From contig JBAXED010000004.1 of the NCBI GenBank assembly GCA_037140615.1, forward strand, positions 8,485 through 72,484: a DNA stretch of 64,000 nt, given 5' to 3'. This document shows positions 23,927 through 34,494 of this stretch, in pieces (position 1 is the first letter of the stretch; each line of letters begins with the position of its first letter). The position numbers were made by a program, and so were the translations under genes. The notes beneath the pieces were generated by a model that saw nothing but the letters and a program-made list of their open reading frames with translations, was not told where the DNA came from and ran no database searches. The stretch comes from Prolixibacteraceae bacterium (lineage in GTDB: Bacteria; Bacteroidota; Bacteroidia; Bacteroidales; Prolixibacteraceae).

Positions 23927-25042
23927 TTAGAAAATGACAGATGATCCTTCTTTCAGATTTTGGTAGCCGGCAGAAATTACCTGATCCCCGGGATTTAGTC
24001 CGGAAATAATTTCTGTTTCTCCATTGTAATCCATTCCAGTAGTGACCATTTTGCGAACAGCTGAAATTTTATCGCCTTGTTTTACCGCCACATATACAAA
24101 TTTCCCTTCCTGATTACTTTGAATGATATTGACTGGCAATACCAGTGAAGATTCATTGGTATAATCTTTGATTTTTACATAGGCAATCATATTGGCCCGA
24201 AGTTCAAACTCTTTCGTAGAAAACCGGCATTCAACTTTGAAGGTGCGGTTTGATGGATCTATGAAGCGACTGGTAAAGCTCAGCTTTGTATCAATTTCTT
24301 TACCCAAATCAGGAAAGCGTACAATGGCCTGGTTGCCATTTTTAATCCTTGAAGCAAAATTTTCAGAAACCTCAGCAGTAACTTTGGCTGATGACATGTT
24401 GATAACCCGAATCACAGATGTTGGCAATCCTGGTGAAGCCATTTGTCCAATCTTCAATGGAACACTTTCAACAGATCCGCTGATTGGGGAGATCACGCTT
24501 GCCATAGATATCTGTTCCTGCAAGGTTTTTATGCGCTTCTCAAGCGATTCTTTTGTCGCTTTGGCTTGAAGAAATTGTACTTCACTGCCAATTTTTTTAT
24601 CCCAAAGGTTTTTCTGCTTTTCAAATATGATGTTGGCCATATCAAGTTGGGTTTTTACCTCCTCAACGGATTGCTTGAGCACCTGTGCATCCAGGGTTGC
24701 CATGACATCTCCTTTTTTAACGAATGAACCTTCTTTTACAAATACATTGGTAACAACACCTGGGATTTGAGGGCTCACAGAAACATTTTGATCCCCATCA
24801 ACAATTCCCTGAATTTCAATAAAATGATTAAAAGGGATAGTCTTAAGATTTGTAACCTTAACCTGAACGGCTTTTTCGATTTTTTCCTGGTTCGGATTTA
24901 CTTCAGCCTCGAGTTTCGAGATCTTTGTATTCAGAACATCGCGTTCTGTTTTAAGCTTATCCAATTCTCCTTTTTTGTTGTTGCTCTGATTGCAGGCGAC
25001 CAGTGTGGCAAGGATGGCCAAAGTGAACAATGCGTTTTTCAT
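23927..25042 (-). CDS. efflux RND periplasmic adaptor (MFP/HlyD family) lipoprotein
   Basis: Lipobox LVAC, coiled-coil segment, beta-barrel/lipoyl-like regions. Its position is between TolC and the RND pump. Confidence 0.85.
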   Translation of the reverse strand: MKNALFTLAILATLVACNQSNNKKGELDKLKTERDVLNTKISKLEAEVNPNQEKIEKAVQVKVTNLKTIPFNHFIEIQGIVDGDQNVSVSPQIPGVVTNVFVKEGSFVKKGDVMATLDAQVLKQSVEEVKTQLDMANIIFEKQKNLWDKKIGSEVQFLQAKATKESLEKRIKTLQEQISMASVISPISGSVESVPLKIGQMASPGLPTSVIRVINMSSAKVTAEVSENFASRIKNGNQAIVRFPDLGKEIDTKLSFTSRFIDPSNRTFKVECRFSTKEFELRANMIAYVKIKDYTNESSLVLPVNIIQSNQEGKFVYVAVKQGDKISAVRKMVTTGMDYNGETEIISGLNPGDQVISAGYQNLKEGSSVIF

Positions 25043-25130
25043 CTTTTTATTATTTGTTTTTATAATATCTTTTTATTTTTCGGGAGACATATTCCTGATA
25101 AGGGAGCCTCCTATTTTATTTTTTGAGTTT

Positions 25131-26465
25131 TTATTTATTTATTTCCTGATTGATGTTGTACAATTTTTCCAGTTTGGTTTTCGCAGTGACCAGATCATAA
25201 ATACTTTGGTAGTAGCTGGATAGCGTTGTGAGATATTGATTTTGAGTAGTTGTCAGGTCCATGCTTGATGAAACACCATTTTTGTATTTTTCCAGCGTTC
25301 GCAAATAGATTTCGTCTGAGAGCGTCAGACTCTTCTTTTGAATTTCATATTTCTCATATTTGAGTTTCAAGTCTGTTTGATATTGATCAGCCTGCATCAT
25401 CAAATTGTTGTAAACGAATTGTTTAGTGTTTTCCATTTTGCTGATGGCCAATTTTTTCTGGGAAACTGCGGCCATTCTTTGTCCGCTGCTAAAAATTGGT
25501 AAGCTAAAATTGATCCCAAACATATCCTTCATGGAAAAATCAAAAGAAGGCTTATTTGTTTTTTCTGTATGGTTATAAAATCCTGATATTACAGGCATAT
25601 AAGCAGCAATTGCATTTTGATATTCAAGCGTAGTAAGGTCTTTGGCTGTTTTAATTATTCTAAAGTCAATATTCTTATCTATGTTAAATGGCTGATTGAC
25701 CAATGTTGAGATGTTTAATGGCAAATTTTCATTTGATTCAAGATTCTCAGTCAGATGAATATTCTTACTTACGTCAATTCCCAAAATGATCTTTAATAAC
25801 CTGTTGGCCACATCCAAATTGCCCTTTACCTGGTTAATTGCATTTAGAAGGTTATTAGAGGTAAGATCCAACTGGTCTACATCAGTTCTCTCTACAAACC
25901 CTTGTTTGTTCATTTCTTTGATCTGATAAGCTGTCTGGTTCACATTGTCCAAACTTTTTTGAAGATTTTTCAAGCTCTCCTCGCCAACTAAAATCATGTA
26001 ATAGGTATTTATTACTGATTCGTTTACATCCTGGACTACCTTTTCCGTGTTCTCATTTGTCTGCAGATAAAGTGTTTTCATGGCTTTTAATCCTACAAGG
26101 TAAGACCCGTTGAAAATTAACTGGGAAGCAGTAACATCAAATGTGATATTATTTTTCACTCCCAAAGAAACTGCAGGCGTACCTGGTCCAAAGGATCCTG
26201 GTGGCAAAGTCGGCACAGTAGGAAGAAATTGGTAAGCAGCTTTTGAATCAATGTGAGGCAATCCAATGGCGGTTGTTTCCCAGATTTTCTTTCTGGCAAT
26301 TTCCATTTCAATTGTTGAATTCCTGATGTTCGTGTTGTTTTCGAATGCCAGTCTGCGGGCTTCTTTCAACGATAAGCGCAAAGTATCCTGGGCATCACTT
26401 TTATGGACTCCAAGGAGAAGTAAAAAAATTGTTATCAAAATTAGATAACGACTTGAAAATGACAT
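25131..26465 (-). CDS. TolC-family outer membrane efflux protein
   Basis: 444 aa with a signal peptide and duplicated coiled-coil-rich repeats. It sits within the efflux operon. Confidence 0.85.
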   Translation of the reverse strand: MSFSSRYLILITIFLLLLGVHKSDAQDTLRLSLKEARRLAFENNTNIRNSTIEMEIARKKIWETTAIGLPHIDSKAAYQFLPTVPTLPPGSFGPGTPAVSLGVKNNITFDVTASQLIFNGSYLVGLKAMKTLYLQTNENTEKVVQDVNESVINTYYMILVGEESLKNLQKSLDNVNQTAYQIKEMNKQGFVERTDVDQLDLTSNNLLNAINQVKGNLDVANRLLKIILGIDVSKNIHLTENLESNENLPLNISTLVNQPFNIDKNIDFRIIKTAKDLTTLEYQNAIAAYMPVISGFYNHTEKTNKPSFDFSMKDMFGINFSLPIFSSGQRMAAVSQKKLAISKMENTKQFVYNNLMMQADQYQTDLKLKYEKYEIQKKSLTLSDEIYLRTLEKYKNGVSSSMDLTTTQNQYLTTLSSYYQSIYDLVTAKTKLEKLYNINQEINK

Positions 26466-26470
26466 AATTA

Positions 26471-27124
26471 TTATTTTTTATTTGTATTAATATATTCGAT
26501 TATTTCTTTTTTTCTGGATTCAAAGTATTCCAACCCAGATGAGGTGGAGATGGCCCGGATATGGTTTTCAAACATCACCTCAAAGAGTTGTATGAAATTG
26601 ACATCCATTATTTTGCATATTTCCGCATTGTGAAGTTCAATAAAACTGTTGAGATAAATTGAGGCGACCAAATCGATGTTTATATCATCCCTGTAAAGTT
26701 TTTCTTCAATACCTTGTTGCATGTTGATTTTCATGCCTTCGAATATCTGGGTTCGCTTTTTCTCCATGTAGGATTCAAACGTATTGTGGTAATACTTCAT
26801 CATCTCGAAACGAATCATTGGATTGATTTGTTTCATCTCGTCGTGAACCAACTGACTGATTCTTAATAGTCTTTCTATTGCATTGATCGATTCGTTTTTG
26901 ATTTTCTCACTCAATTGGAATACCCGGGATTCTTCTCCGAAAAATACTTTCTCTACTAGATCCTCCTTGTTCTTAACATAAGTATAGAGCGTCTTTTTTG
27001 AGATACCCAACCTTTGGCTAATCTCATCCATACTTAGGTTCTTTAATCCATATGCATAGAACAGTTTTTTGATAGGCCCTACCAACTCCTTAAACCGATC
27101 ACTTTGTTCTTCTTGATTATCCAT
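26471..27124 (-). CDS. TetR/AcrR-family transcriptional regulator
   Basis: N-terminal HTH LSMDEISQRLGISKKTLYTYVKNKEDL. It is the first gene of the efflux operon. Confidence 0.85.
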   Translation of the reverse strand: MDNQEEQSDRFKELVGPIKKLFYAYGLKNLSMDEISQRLGISKKTLYTYVKNKEDLVEKVFFGEESRVFQLSEKIKNESINAIERLLRISQLVHDEMKQINPMIRFEMMKYYHNTFESYMEKKRTQIFEGMKINMQQGIEEKLYRDDINIDLVASIYLNSFIELHNAEICKIMDVNFIQLFEVMFENHIRAISTSSGLEYFESRKKEIIEYINTNKK

Positions 27125-27278
27125 TTTTATTTAATTCTCATTTTCTTTGTAGGTGCAAATGTCGGAAACAATTTGGACACAAAACGTTTCCTTGTGTTAA
27201 ATGTTTCTTAATTCACATTAAATTATTATGATGTAAATACAATTGCACTCTGCGTTTTTTTAAGATTTCTTAAACAAT

Positions 27279-27286
27279 TATATTTG
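27279..27286 (+). promoter_or_regulatory. candidate -7 box TATATTTG for ruvX-def
   Basis: Perfect TAnnTTTG that overlaps the TTG used as start in the ORF track. This argues for the downstream ATG start. Confidence 0.4.
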
Positions 27287-27307
27287 TTGAGAAAATGGAA
27301 AGCAGAT

Positions 27308-27724
27308 ATGGGAAGAATCATGGCCATTGATTTCGGCAAGAAAAGGGTAGGAGTGGCAGTGACTGATTCTTTGCAATTAATTGCCACCCGTTTGGAGACC
27401 GTTGATTCAGATTTTATCTGGAAGTTTTTGGACGATTATTTTTCGAGAGAAATTGTTGATTTAGTTTTAGTTGGATATCCGGTTCAATTAAATAATCAAC
27501 CGTCGGAAGCCTTGAGATACATTAATCCATTTGTTCAAAAGTTCAGACAGAAATATGAAAAGGAGATCAGACAGGTGGATGAAAGATTCAGTTCAAAAAT
27601 TGCTTTCCAATCGATGATTGATGCCGGATTGAGAAAATCTCAACGTAAGAACAAAGGAACAATTGATGGCGTAAGCGCTACTATTCTGTTACAATCATAT
27701 CTTGAGCAAAAAAAGTATTTATAA
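27308..27724 (+). CDS. ruvX: Holliday junction resolvase-like RuvX (YqgF)
   Basis: MAIDFGKKRVGVAVTD motif. The ORF track start at 27284 is TTG inside the putative -7 box, so ATG 27308 or 27320 is more likely. Confidence 0.85.
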   Translation: MGRIMAIDFGKKRVGVAVTDSLQLIATRLETVDSDFIWKFLDDYFSREIVDLVLVGYPVQLNNQPSEALRYINPFVQKFRQKYEKEIRQVDERFSSKIAFQSMIDAGLRKSQRKNKGTIDGVSATILLQSYLEQKKYL

Positions 27725-27727
27725 TTT

Positions 27728-28285
27728 ATGATATTGCCTATTATACTGTATGGTGATCCTGTTCTTAGAAAGGTAGCCGAAAACATAGATTTGAACTATA
27801 ACGGTTTACAAGAACTGATAGTCAATATGTTCGAAACAATGTACAATGCCGAGGGAGTTGGCTTGGCTGCCCCTCAGATAGGATTATCTATTCGCTTGTT
27901 CGTCGTCGATTTAACTCCTTTGGCGAAGGACGAACCTAGCTTGATGGATTTTAAGAAGGCATTCATCAACGCCAAAATTTTAGAGAGAAGCGGGGAAGAG
28001 GAGTTGATGGAAGAGGGCTGCCTTAGTATTCCCGGCATACATGAAGAAATTTTCCGGAAAAATTACATTCATATTCAATATTTAAATACAGATGGCTTGT
28101 TATGCGATGAAATATATACCGGATATACGGCCAGAGTTCTCCAGCATGAATATGATCATCTCGATGGCATTATGTTTACAGATCTATGCTCTCCCTTGAA
28201 AAGGCGCTTGTTAAAGCGGAAGTTATCAGATATATCAAAAGGAATTACATCGGCTACCTATCGGGTTAAAGTGCCAAAGATTTAA
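27728..28285 (+). CDS. def: peptide deformylase
   Basis: The three canonical motifs are present: GVGLAAPQIG, EGCLSIPG and HEYDHLDG. Confidence 0.95.
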   Translation: MILPIILYGDPVLRKVAENIDLNYNGLQELIVNMFETMYNAEGVGLAAPQIGLSIRLFVVDLTPLAKDEPSLMDFKKAFINAKILERSGEEELMEEGCLSIPGIHEEIFRKNYIHIQYLNTDGLLCDEIYTGYTARVLQHEYDHLDGIMFTDLCSPLKRRLLKRKLSDISKGITSATYRVKVPKI

Positions 28286-28373
28286 TTCAAACACCCATTT
28301 GTTTCAGCGTTCTTCAATCCATTTTTCTTTTTCTCAATACAATGCCTTAACTTGATGTGGATACTTCATTCAC

Positions 28374-30479
28374 ATGCCTAACTCTTCTTTTCAGCTCACC
28401 AGTGCTCCCTTCATAAGACTTTTTATACCACTTTGTATTGGAGTCATCATGTATCAAATTTGTGATATTTCAAATTCGATACCTTTCATCGCACTCTTTT
28501 TTCTGGTCGTTCTCCTTCTTTTGATAGCCAAAAGCGTTTCTTTTTCTTCTCAATATTATTGGGGATTATTACTCTTATTGTGTATCCTTATTTTCTCGAT
28601 TATCAGATCTATAGATCAGAAAAGGATCTTTCCAGCACTTAGAAAACAAAGGTATTTTGTGGTACTCGACGAGTATCCTCAGGAAAAGGCAAAAACTTTT
28701 CAGGTTGTTTGCCAGCTGATAGATTCGGATTTGAAAATCCTGACCTACCTTCCCAAATCGCCTGCTGTCAAAAGTGCCCAGCCAGGTGATATTCTTTGCT
28801 TGACCGGATTCCCTGAATTGATAGAAAATGATGGCAACCCATTTGAATTTGATTATCGAAAATACCTTAACAATAAAGGAATAGGTTATCGGATATTTTT
28901 AAAGGAGAGCCAATTTTTCTTTCTCGTTGGGCAGCATCAAATGAACATCAACCGACATGCATTGATCTTGCGCGAAAAGCTCATAGATATCTTATATAAG
29001 TCCGGAATGAAAAGGGAAAATGTTCCTTTGGTATCTTCCATCTCCTTCGGCGCAAGGGAAGATGTTGACAAAGAAACTGTTCGAAGTTTTACCAATACAG
29101 GAGTTATACATGTTCTGGCAGTTTCAGGAATGAACGTTGGACTCATTTTTGTCATACTTGATTTTCTACTCCGCTTCTTGAAAAGAGGTCGAATTGGGTT
29201 TTTATGTCACACATTGATCATTTTGTTCTCAATATGGAGCTACGCATTAATTACCGGGATGTCAGCTTCCATTCTTAGGGCAGCTGTCATGCTTACTTTC
29301 GTTGTTGTCGGAAATGCGTTGCAGCAAAAGGCAAATATTTTTAATTCTTTGGCCGTTTCAGCTTTCTTTCTGGTTGCATGGGATCCTGTAATAATTTATG
29401 ATGTTGGATTTCAGCTATCATATGTGGCGGTATTGTCAATTGTTGTTATTCAACCCATATTATACAAACAGTTATATTTTAAATCCTGGATTGTGGATCA
29501 GACCTGGCTTATCCTTTCAGTAACTTGTTCTGCACAGGTTGGTACACTTCCTTTTACGCTTCATTATTTCCATCAATTTCCAGTTTATTTCTGGTTGGCA
29601 AATTTGATCGTAATACCATTGGTCACACTGATACTTTACCTCTCTTTCTTGGTTTTGTTTCTCACCTTTATTTCTGGTTTTTTAACTTCTTTATCTGCTT
29701 TGGTGCTTGATTGGTCAGTTCGTTTGGTATTGTTGACTGTCAATCTTGTTGAAAAGTTACCCATGGCCGTACTTAAAGGGTTATATCCTTCTTCTGTGCA
29801 GTTAATGTTGGTCTTTTCAATATTCCTATTTTTTTACATGTTTTTCAAAACCAGGAAAATTCTTCATGTTAAAGTTATCTGTACGCTTGCAATAGTGCTC
29901 TTTATTACAACAGTCATTTCGTCCTATTCAATGTCGACAAAGGCCGAAATAGTCTTTTTTAATGTGCCAGGCACAAGAGCGATGGCCCTTACACGAGGCC
30001 GAAAGACAATTGTGGTTTACGATAAGTGTGAGAATGGCGAGTCAAAACTTAATTATTATTTAAAACCTTACCTGGGTTCAAATGAGATCATTGAAACTGA
30101 ATATTATAAATTCTCTGATTCTTTGAGAATTATGAATGCAAGTTTCAGTATTAGAGGGAATTATATACTATTTAATGGGGTGAAGTTATTCGTGAAACCT
30201 GATTCATCTGGTGTCTTTAATAATGAGGAGGTTGGTCCAAAGGCTGATGTGGTCTGGTTAAGTGATATAAAGCCCCTTCCACTTAAAGATAATATATTTC
30301 CTGAGGCAAGAATTATCCTATATCGCTCTTCGAAAGAGGTCGAAAATGAGATTAATGCCAGTTACCCTCATATGTCCTTCAATATCAGGAAAGCCGTTCT
30401 CATGACCTTTGATTCAGAAGGAAGGGAAGGCAACGAAGGTTTCAAGTGTGGGTATTTTATAAAAAACACAGCTCAATAA
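28374..30479 (+). CDS. comEC: ComEC/Rec2-family competence membrane protein
   Basis: 701-aa polytopic protein with GVIHVLAVSGMNVG competence-domain motif. Confidence 0.8.
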   Translation: MPNSSFQLTSAPFIRLFIPLCIGVIMYQICDISNSIPFIALFFLVVLLLLIAKSVSFSSQYYWGLLLLLCILIFSIIRSIDQKRIFPALRKQRYFVVLDEYPQEKAKTFQVVCQLIDSDLKILTYLPKSPAVKSAQPGDILCLTGFPELIENDGNPFEFDYRKYLNNKGIGYRIFLKESQFFFLVGQHQMNINRHALILREKLIDILYKSGMKRENVPLVSSISFGAREDVDKETVRSFTNTGVIHVLAVSGMNVGLIFVILDFLLRFLKRGRIGFLCHTLIILFSIWSYALITGMSASILRAAVMLTFVVVGNALQQKANIFNSLAVSAFFLVAWDPVIIYDVGFQLSYVAVLSIVVIQPILYKQLYFKSWIVDQTWLILSVTCSAQVGTLPFTLHYFHQFPVYFWLANLIVIPLVTLILYLSFLVLFLTFISGFLTSLSALVLDWSVRLVLLTVNLVEKLPMAVLKGLYPSSVQLMLVFSIFLFFYMFFKTRKILHVKVICTLAIVLFITTVISSYSMSTKAEIVFFNVPGTRAMALTRGRKTIVVYDKCENGESKLNYYLKPYLGSNEIIETEYYKFSDSLRIMNASFSIRGNYILFNGVKLFVKPDSSGVFNNEEVGPKADVVWLSDIKPLPLKDNIFPEARIILYRSSKEVENEINASYPHMSFNIRKAVLMTFDSEGREGNEGFKCGYFIKNTAQ

Positions 30480-30482
30480 GTA

Positions 30483-31097
30483 CTATTCCAGAAGAATACC
30501 TTTTCCTTGCCTGATAATTTCTGCTTCCCCTGTCGTGCAATCCACGATTGTTGAAGGACGGTTGTCACCAAAACCGCCGTCAATGACCAGATCTACGAGA
30601 TGACCGTACTTTTCTTCAATGAGTTCAGGATCGGTAATGTATTCCAAAACCACATCATCGTGATGAACTGAAGTTGATAATACCGGATTGCCAAGCTCCT
30701 TTACAATGGTTCGTATTATATTGTTTTCCGGAATTCGGATGCCAATGTTTTTCTTGGAGTTTTTAAAAAGTTTGGGAACATTTGAATTTGCCTGCAGCAA
30801 AAAAGTAAAAGGCCCCGGAAGGTTTTTTTTCAAAAGTTTAAAAATACCGTTTGGGAAAGGTTTACAATAGTTGGAAATCTGACTTAAATCATGAAGAATA
30901 AAGGAAAAGTCCGCCTTTTCAGGTCTGACATTTTTAATTCTTGCAACCCTTTCTACTGCTTTTGACTTGGTGATATCACAACCAATGCCATAAATTGTAT
31001 CCGTGGGAAAGATAATAACCGCTCCATCTTTGAGCATGTCTACGATTTTATCTATCTCCTTCTGGTTGGGATTGTCGTCATAAAGCTTGATAAGCAT
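30483..31097 (-). CDS. tsaC: L-threonylcarbamoyladenylate synthase (TsaC/YrdC/Sua5 family)
   Basis: FPTDTIYGIGCD motif, ~204 aa. Confidence 0.85.
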   Translation of the reverse strand: MLIKLYDDNPNQKEIDKIVDMLKDGAVIIFPTDTIYGIGCDITKSKAVERVARIKNVRPEKADFSFILHDLSQISNYCKPFPNGIFKLLKKNLPGPFTFLLQANSNVPKLFKNSKKNIGIRIPENNIIRTIVKELGNPVLSTSVHHDDVVLEYITDPELIEEKYGHLVDLVIDGGFGDNRPSTIVDCTTGEAEIIRQGKGILLE

Positions 31098-31214
31098 TTG
31101 CCAGCATTTAAATTTTTTGTCTTTAAGCTAGTAAAATTAACTATTTTCGATTTACTTTCGTCGAATTAGGAACTTAAAGTGTCTTCTGTTAAGGGAAAAT
31201 GAAACGATCATTGG

Positions 31215-31886
31215 GTGAATATGAAAATTGAGATTGTCGAAACGCTTGATGGATCGAACACTTTGTATCTCGAAGATATTGGCGAGCACTATCATTCTAC
31301 TTTCGGTGCAATTCAGGAGTCGATGCATATTTTTATTCAGGAAGGTTTTAATCAAATCTTGTCTGCGGAAATCAACATACTTGAGATTGGGTTCGGAACA
31401 GGCCTGAATTGCTATCTGACTCTGCTTGCTAACCAAAAATGGAACCATCATGTTCGATATTATTCAATTGAGAAATATCCTTTGCAAGAATCAGTTTGGG
31501 CGAAATTGAATTATACCGATCAATTTCCAGATAATGATCCAAGTTTTTTCACTCTTATTCACAAAGCTCCCTGGAACTGCCCAGCAGTAATCCAGAAAGG
31601 ATTTATCCTTCAAAAAATGGATATAGATCTTTTGGAAACAAATTATTCTACCCTTCCCCAGATCGACCTGGTATATTTCGATGCCTTCTCTCCTGAGAAA
31701 CAACCTGAACTATGGGATTTGTCTGTCTTTCAATCACTTTTTGCGATTATGCAGGAAAGCAGTATTTTGGTCACATATTGTGCAAAGGGTTCCATCAGAC
31801 GAATGCTTCAATCCGTCGGATTTAGTGTTGAGAGAATTGCTGGTCCACCTGGGAAAAGAGAGATTTTAAGAGCCAGAAAAATATAG
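31215..31886 (+). CDS. tRNA mnm5s2U methyltransferase MnmD-like (MnmC C-terminal-type SAM methyltransferase)
   Basis: LEIGFGTGLN SAM motif and DLVYFDAFSPEKQPELW motif. Confidence 0.7.
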   Translation: MNMKIEIVETLDGSNTLYLEDIGEHYHSTFGAIQESMHIFIQEGFNQILSAEINILEIGFGTGLNCYLTLLANQKWNHHVRYYSIEKYPLQESVWAKLNYTDQFPDNDPSFFTLIHKAPWNCPAVIQKGFILQKMDIDLLETNYSTLPQIDLVYFDAFSPEKQPELWDLSVFQSLFAIMQESSILVTYCAKGSIRRMLQSVGFSVERIAGPPGKREILRARKI

Positions 31887-31969
31887 TAGAAGTTAAACAT
31901 TTGGTATTCTGGTGTTTGATTCTGGTTAATTTTTTTAATAATAGAGAAACACAAAGAATTGAAATTGCG

Positions 31970-33016
31970 ATGATAAAAAGGCCACGCCAACCGAGAATAA
32001 CAACGATTTTGTCCAGATCAATTGTGCTTATAGGTCTGTTTGTAGTAGTCTTTGCTTGTTATCACAGTAGCAAAGAGCTCAAAGTGTACAAAATGAATGG
32101 CGCTGCGCAAGGAACGTACTATGCTATCACATATTGTTCTGATAACAATGAAAATCTTCAGCCAGCCATGGATTCGCTTTTTAAGCAGTTTGATCGATCT
32201 GTTTCTGCCTATCTGCCCAACTCTATTCTTTCGAAGCTCAATAACAATGATACTTCAGTGGTTGCAGATGCTATCTACGAATCAATTTTCAATAAGTCAA
32301 TGGAAGTGTCTGCTAAAACGGATGGAGCCTTTGATATAACTGTTGGTCCGCTCGTAAATGCATGGGGTTTTGGATTTTCGAAGAAGGCCAGTGTTGATCA
32401 GGCTTTGGTAGACTCACTTCTACCTTTGGTCGGATATAGGAATGTGCATTTATCCAAGGGCAAGCTGGTCAAAACTGACCCGCGGATTCGAATCGATTTC
32501 GATGCTATCGCACAAGGATATACCTCAGACTGGCTGGCAAAATATTTAGAAGGGAGAGGAATTCAAAACTATTTGATTGATGTGGGAGGTGAAGTTTTAG
32601 GTCATGGATCCAAACCGGATGGGCAAAAATGGAGTGTAGCCATCGAGATGCCTGCTAAAAACATGAATGATGAAAGAAAGATTCAGGCAATTTTATCGCT
32701 TGTGAACCGGGCAATATCAACTTCTGGGAGTTACAGGAAGTATTATGAAGAGAATGGCATTAGGTATTCGCACACAATAGATCCTTCCAACGGCTATCCG
32801 GTTAAGCACAATCTGCTAAGTGTTTCTGTAGTCGCCGATGATTGTATGACTGCTGATGCCTATGCAACTGCTTTCATGGTAATGGGCCTGGAAAAATCAA
32901 AGGATTTTCTTTCAAAAGAGCGGAAAATTGAGGCATATTTTATCAGTGATGACCAAAATGGAGGATTTTCCGTTTATTATACTCCAGGTTTTGACAAAAT
33001 GCTGAAGAAAAATTAA
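31970..33016 (+). CDS. apbE: FAD:protein FMN transferase ApbE
   Basis: FDITVGPLVNAWGFG and ISTSGSYRKY motifs. The ORF track start at 31901 is TTG; ATG 31970 precedes the signal/anchor sequence. Confidence 0.85.
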   Translation: MIKRPRQPRITTILSRSIVLIGLFVVVFACYHSSKELKVYKMNGAAQGTYYAITYCSDNNENLQPAMDSLFKQFDRSVSAYLPNSILSKLNNNDTSVVADAIYESIFNKSMEVSAKTDGAFDITVGPLVNAWGFGFSKKASVDQALVDSLLPLVGYRNVHLSKGKLVKTDPRIRIDFDAIAQGYTSDWLAKYLEGRGIQNYLIDVGGEVLGHGSKPDGQKWSVAIEMPAKNMNDERKIQAILSLVNRAISTSGSYRKYYEENGIRYSHTIDPSNGYPVKHNLLSVSVVADDCMTADAYATAFMVMGLEKSKDFLSKERKIEAYFISDDQNGGFSVYYTPGFDKMLKKN

Positions 33017-33136
33017 AGACCCTATTGACAACTAGTTACATACAAATAAATTAAATAGCCACTATGTTTATCTATCGAAAAATAGTTATCTTCGCAGCTT
33101 TTAGAACCATCATTCAATTTTTTATAGAAAACAGTT

Positions 33137-33871
33137 ATGCAAATTAAAAATTTACTTCTAGCAGTAGTAGCCGGTTCAATTGTTCTGGCATCGTGCAACA
33201 CTTCAAACACAAAAGTTAACCTCAAGACTCAGGCCGACTCTGCAGCTTATGCAATAGGTGTGGATTTGGGTAACAACATCAAGAAAAACCTACCCGAAGC
33301 ACCGGGTGGCAAAGAACTCAATTCTGAAATCATTCTGCAGGCTTTTTCTACTGTGATGAAGGGTGATTCTGGTCTTATTGCCTCTTCCAAAGCTGGCGCG
33401 ATAACTCAGGCTTATTTTGTAAAGGCTCAGTCACAAGAAGGTGGCAAAAACAAAGAAGCAGGTCAGAAGTTTTTGGCTGACAATGGAAAACGTTCAGGAG
33501 TAACTACAACAGCATCAGGACTTCAGTATGAAGTTTTGAAAACAGGTACTGGACCAAAACCAACAGCAGAGAACACAGTTAAAGTACATTACCATGGAAC
33601 AACCATTGACGGCAAGGTGTTTGACAGCTCTGTTGAGCGTGGTGAACCAGTCACATTCGGTTTGGGACAAGTCATTAAAGGTTGGACTGAAGCTTTGCAG
33701 TTGATGCCAGTAGGATCAAAATGGAAAATCTACATTCCTTCTGAATTGGGTTATGGTGAACAAGCTGCCGGACCGAAAATTAAGCCAAATTCGACACTAA
33801 TTTTCGAAGTAGAACTGATTAGCATTGAGCCAACACCTGCTGCTGCAGCTCCTGCACCAGCTACAAAATAA
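33137..33871 (+). CDS. FKBP-type peptidyl-prolyl cis-trans isomerase lipoprotein (FkpA/Mip-like)
   Basis: Lipobox LASC. FKBP core VHYHGTTIDGKVFDSS...GQVIKGWTEAL...LIFEVELI. Confidence 0.9.
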   Translation: MQIKNLLLAVVAGSIVLASCNTSNTKVNLKTQADSAAYAIGVDLGNNIKKNLPEAPGGKELNSEIILQAFSTVMKGDSGLIASSKAGAITQAYFVKAQSQEGGKNKEAGQKFLADNGKRSGVTTTASGLQYEVLKTGTGPKPTAENTVKVHYHGTTIDGKVFDSSVERGEPVTFGLGQVIKGWTEALQLMPVGSKWKIYIPSELGYGEQAAGPKIKPNSTLIFEVELISIEPTPAAAAPAPATK

Positions 33872-33914
33872 ATGTTTTGATTTATTGTCAAAGAGGTATT
33901 AACCTCAAAAACAT

Positions 33915-33950
33915 AACCCGGAATGTATGAAATTCATCTTCCGGGTTTTG
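33915..33950 (+). terminator. intrinsic terminator
   Basis: AACCCGGAA ... TTCCGGGTT hairpin followed by a T-rich tract. Confidence 0.7.
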
Positions 33951-33969
33951 TTTCTAAAATCACTAAAGA

Positions 33970-34344
33970 ATGAGCTTTAAAGTTAAAGGAAAAGTAGTGG
34001 ACATACTTCCGTTACAGACTGGAAGCAGTGCAAGAGGAGAATGGAAAAAGCTGGACTTCGTTCTTGAGGTACCTGACGATCAATTCCCAAAGAAAATCTG
34101 TTTTACCCTGTTCAATGACAAAACAGACATGATCAAAGAAAATGACAGAAATCGAGAAGTCGAAGTTAGTTTTAGTTTGGAAGGTCGGGAATACAACGGT
34201 AAATGGTACCATAACGTCAATGCTTTCAAAATCGACAGAATAGAGAAATCTTCTACCACTGGAGATCAACCTCCTCCACCGCCTTACAATGAAGATGATT
34301 TCCTTCCTGTAAAAGAAGGTGAGAATGACGATTTACCCTTTTGA
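33970..34344 (+). CDS. DUF3127-like protein
   Basis: N-terminus KVKGKVVDILPLQTGSSARGEWKKLDFVLE and ...FPKKICFTLFNDK resemble DUF3127 from memory. Acidic/proline-rich tail. Confidence 0.65.
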   Translation: MSFKVKGKVVDILPLQTGSSARGEWKKLDFVLEVPDDQFPKKICFTLFNDKTDMIKENDRNREVEVSFSLEGREYNGKWYHNVNAFKIDRIEKSSTTGDQPPPPPYNEDDFLPVKEGENDDLPF

Positions 34345-34390
34345 TTATCCATAGTGAAGTCACTTCACTTTGATTAGTTGATTGTCACAA

Positions 34391-34431
34391 CACAAAAGCC
34401 CACAAAGATTTGTTCTTTGCGGGCTTTTGTG
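34391..34431. terminator. bidirectional terminator hairpin (17-bp stem, one mismatch)
   Basis: CACAAAAGCCCACAAAG / CTTTGCGGGCTTTTGTG between convergent genes. Confidence 0.7.
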
Positions 34432-34494
34432 CTCTTGGGTAACATTCCAGAAATCAGGTTTCCTCAAATTTTCCGGAATCCTTTTTAAAAATAT

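Noticed and set aside
24192-25223. + strand ORFs (24192-24569, 24443-24727, 24767-25126, 24990-25223) across the MFP gene and the MFP/TolC junction
   Set aside because: They are antisense to well-supported efflux genes, with low-complexity sequence and no independent evidence.
27164-27207. GAAAC half-sites (GGAAACA 27164-27170, GTTTCC 27186-27191, TGTTTC 27202-27207) as a possible TetR operator upstream of the efflux operon
   Set aside because: They are short, AT-rich and imperfect with irregular spacing. They cannot be distinguished from chance without comparative data, so they are not reported as a feature.
31152-31451. 99-aa minus-strand ORF overlapping the mnmD-like gene start
   Set aside because: It overlaps a motif-supported + strand CDS and the tsaC/mnmD divergent promoter. 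No recognisable features.
33022-33225. 67-aa minus-strand ORF over the FKBP gene promoter and start
   Set aside because: It overlaps the lipoprotein signal-coding region of a well-supported gene. No motif was seen, so it is likely spurious.
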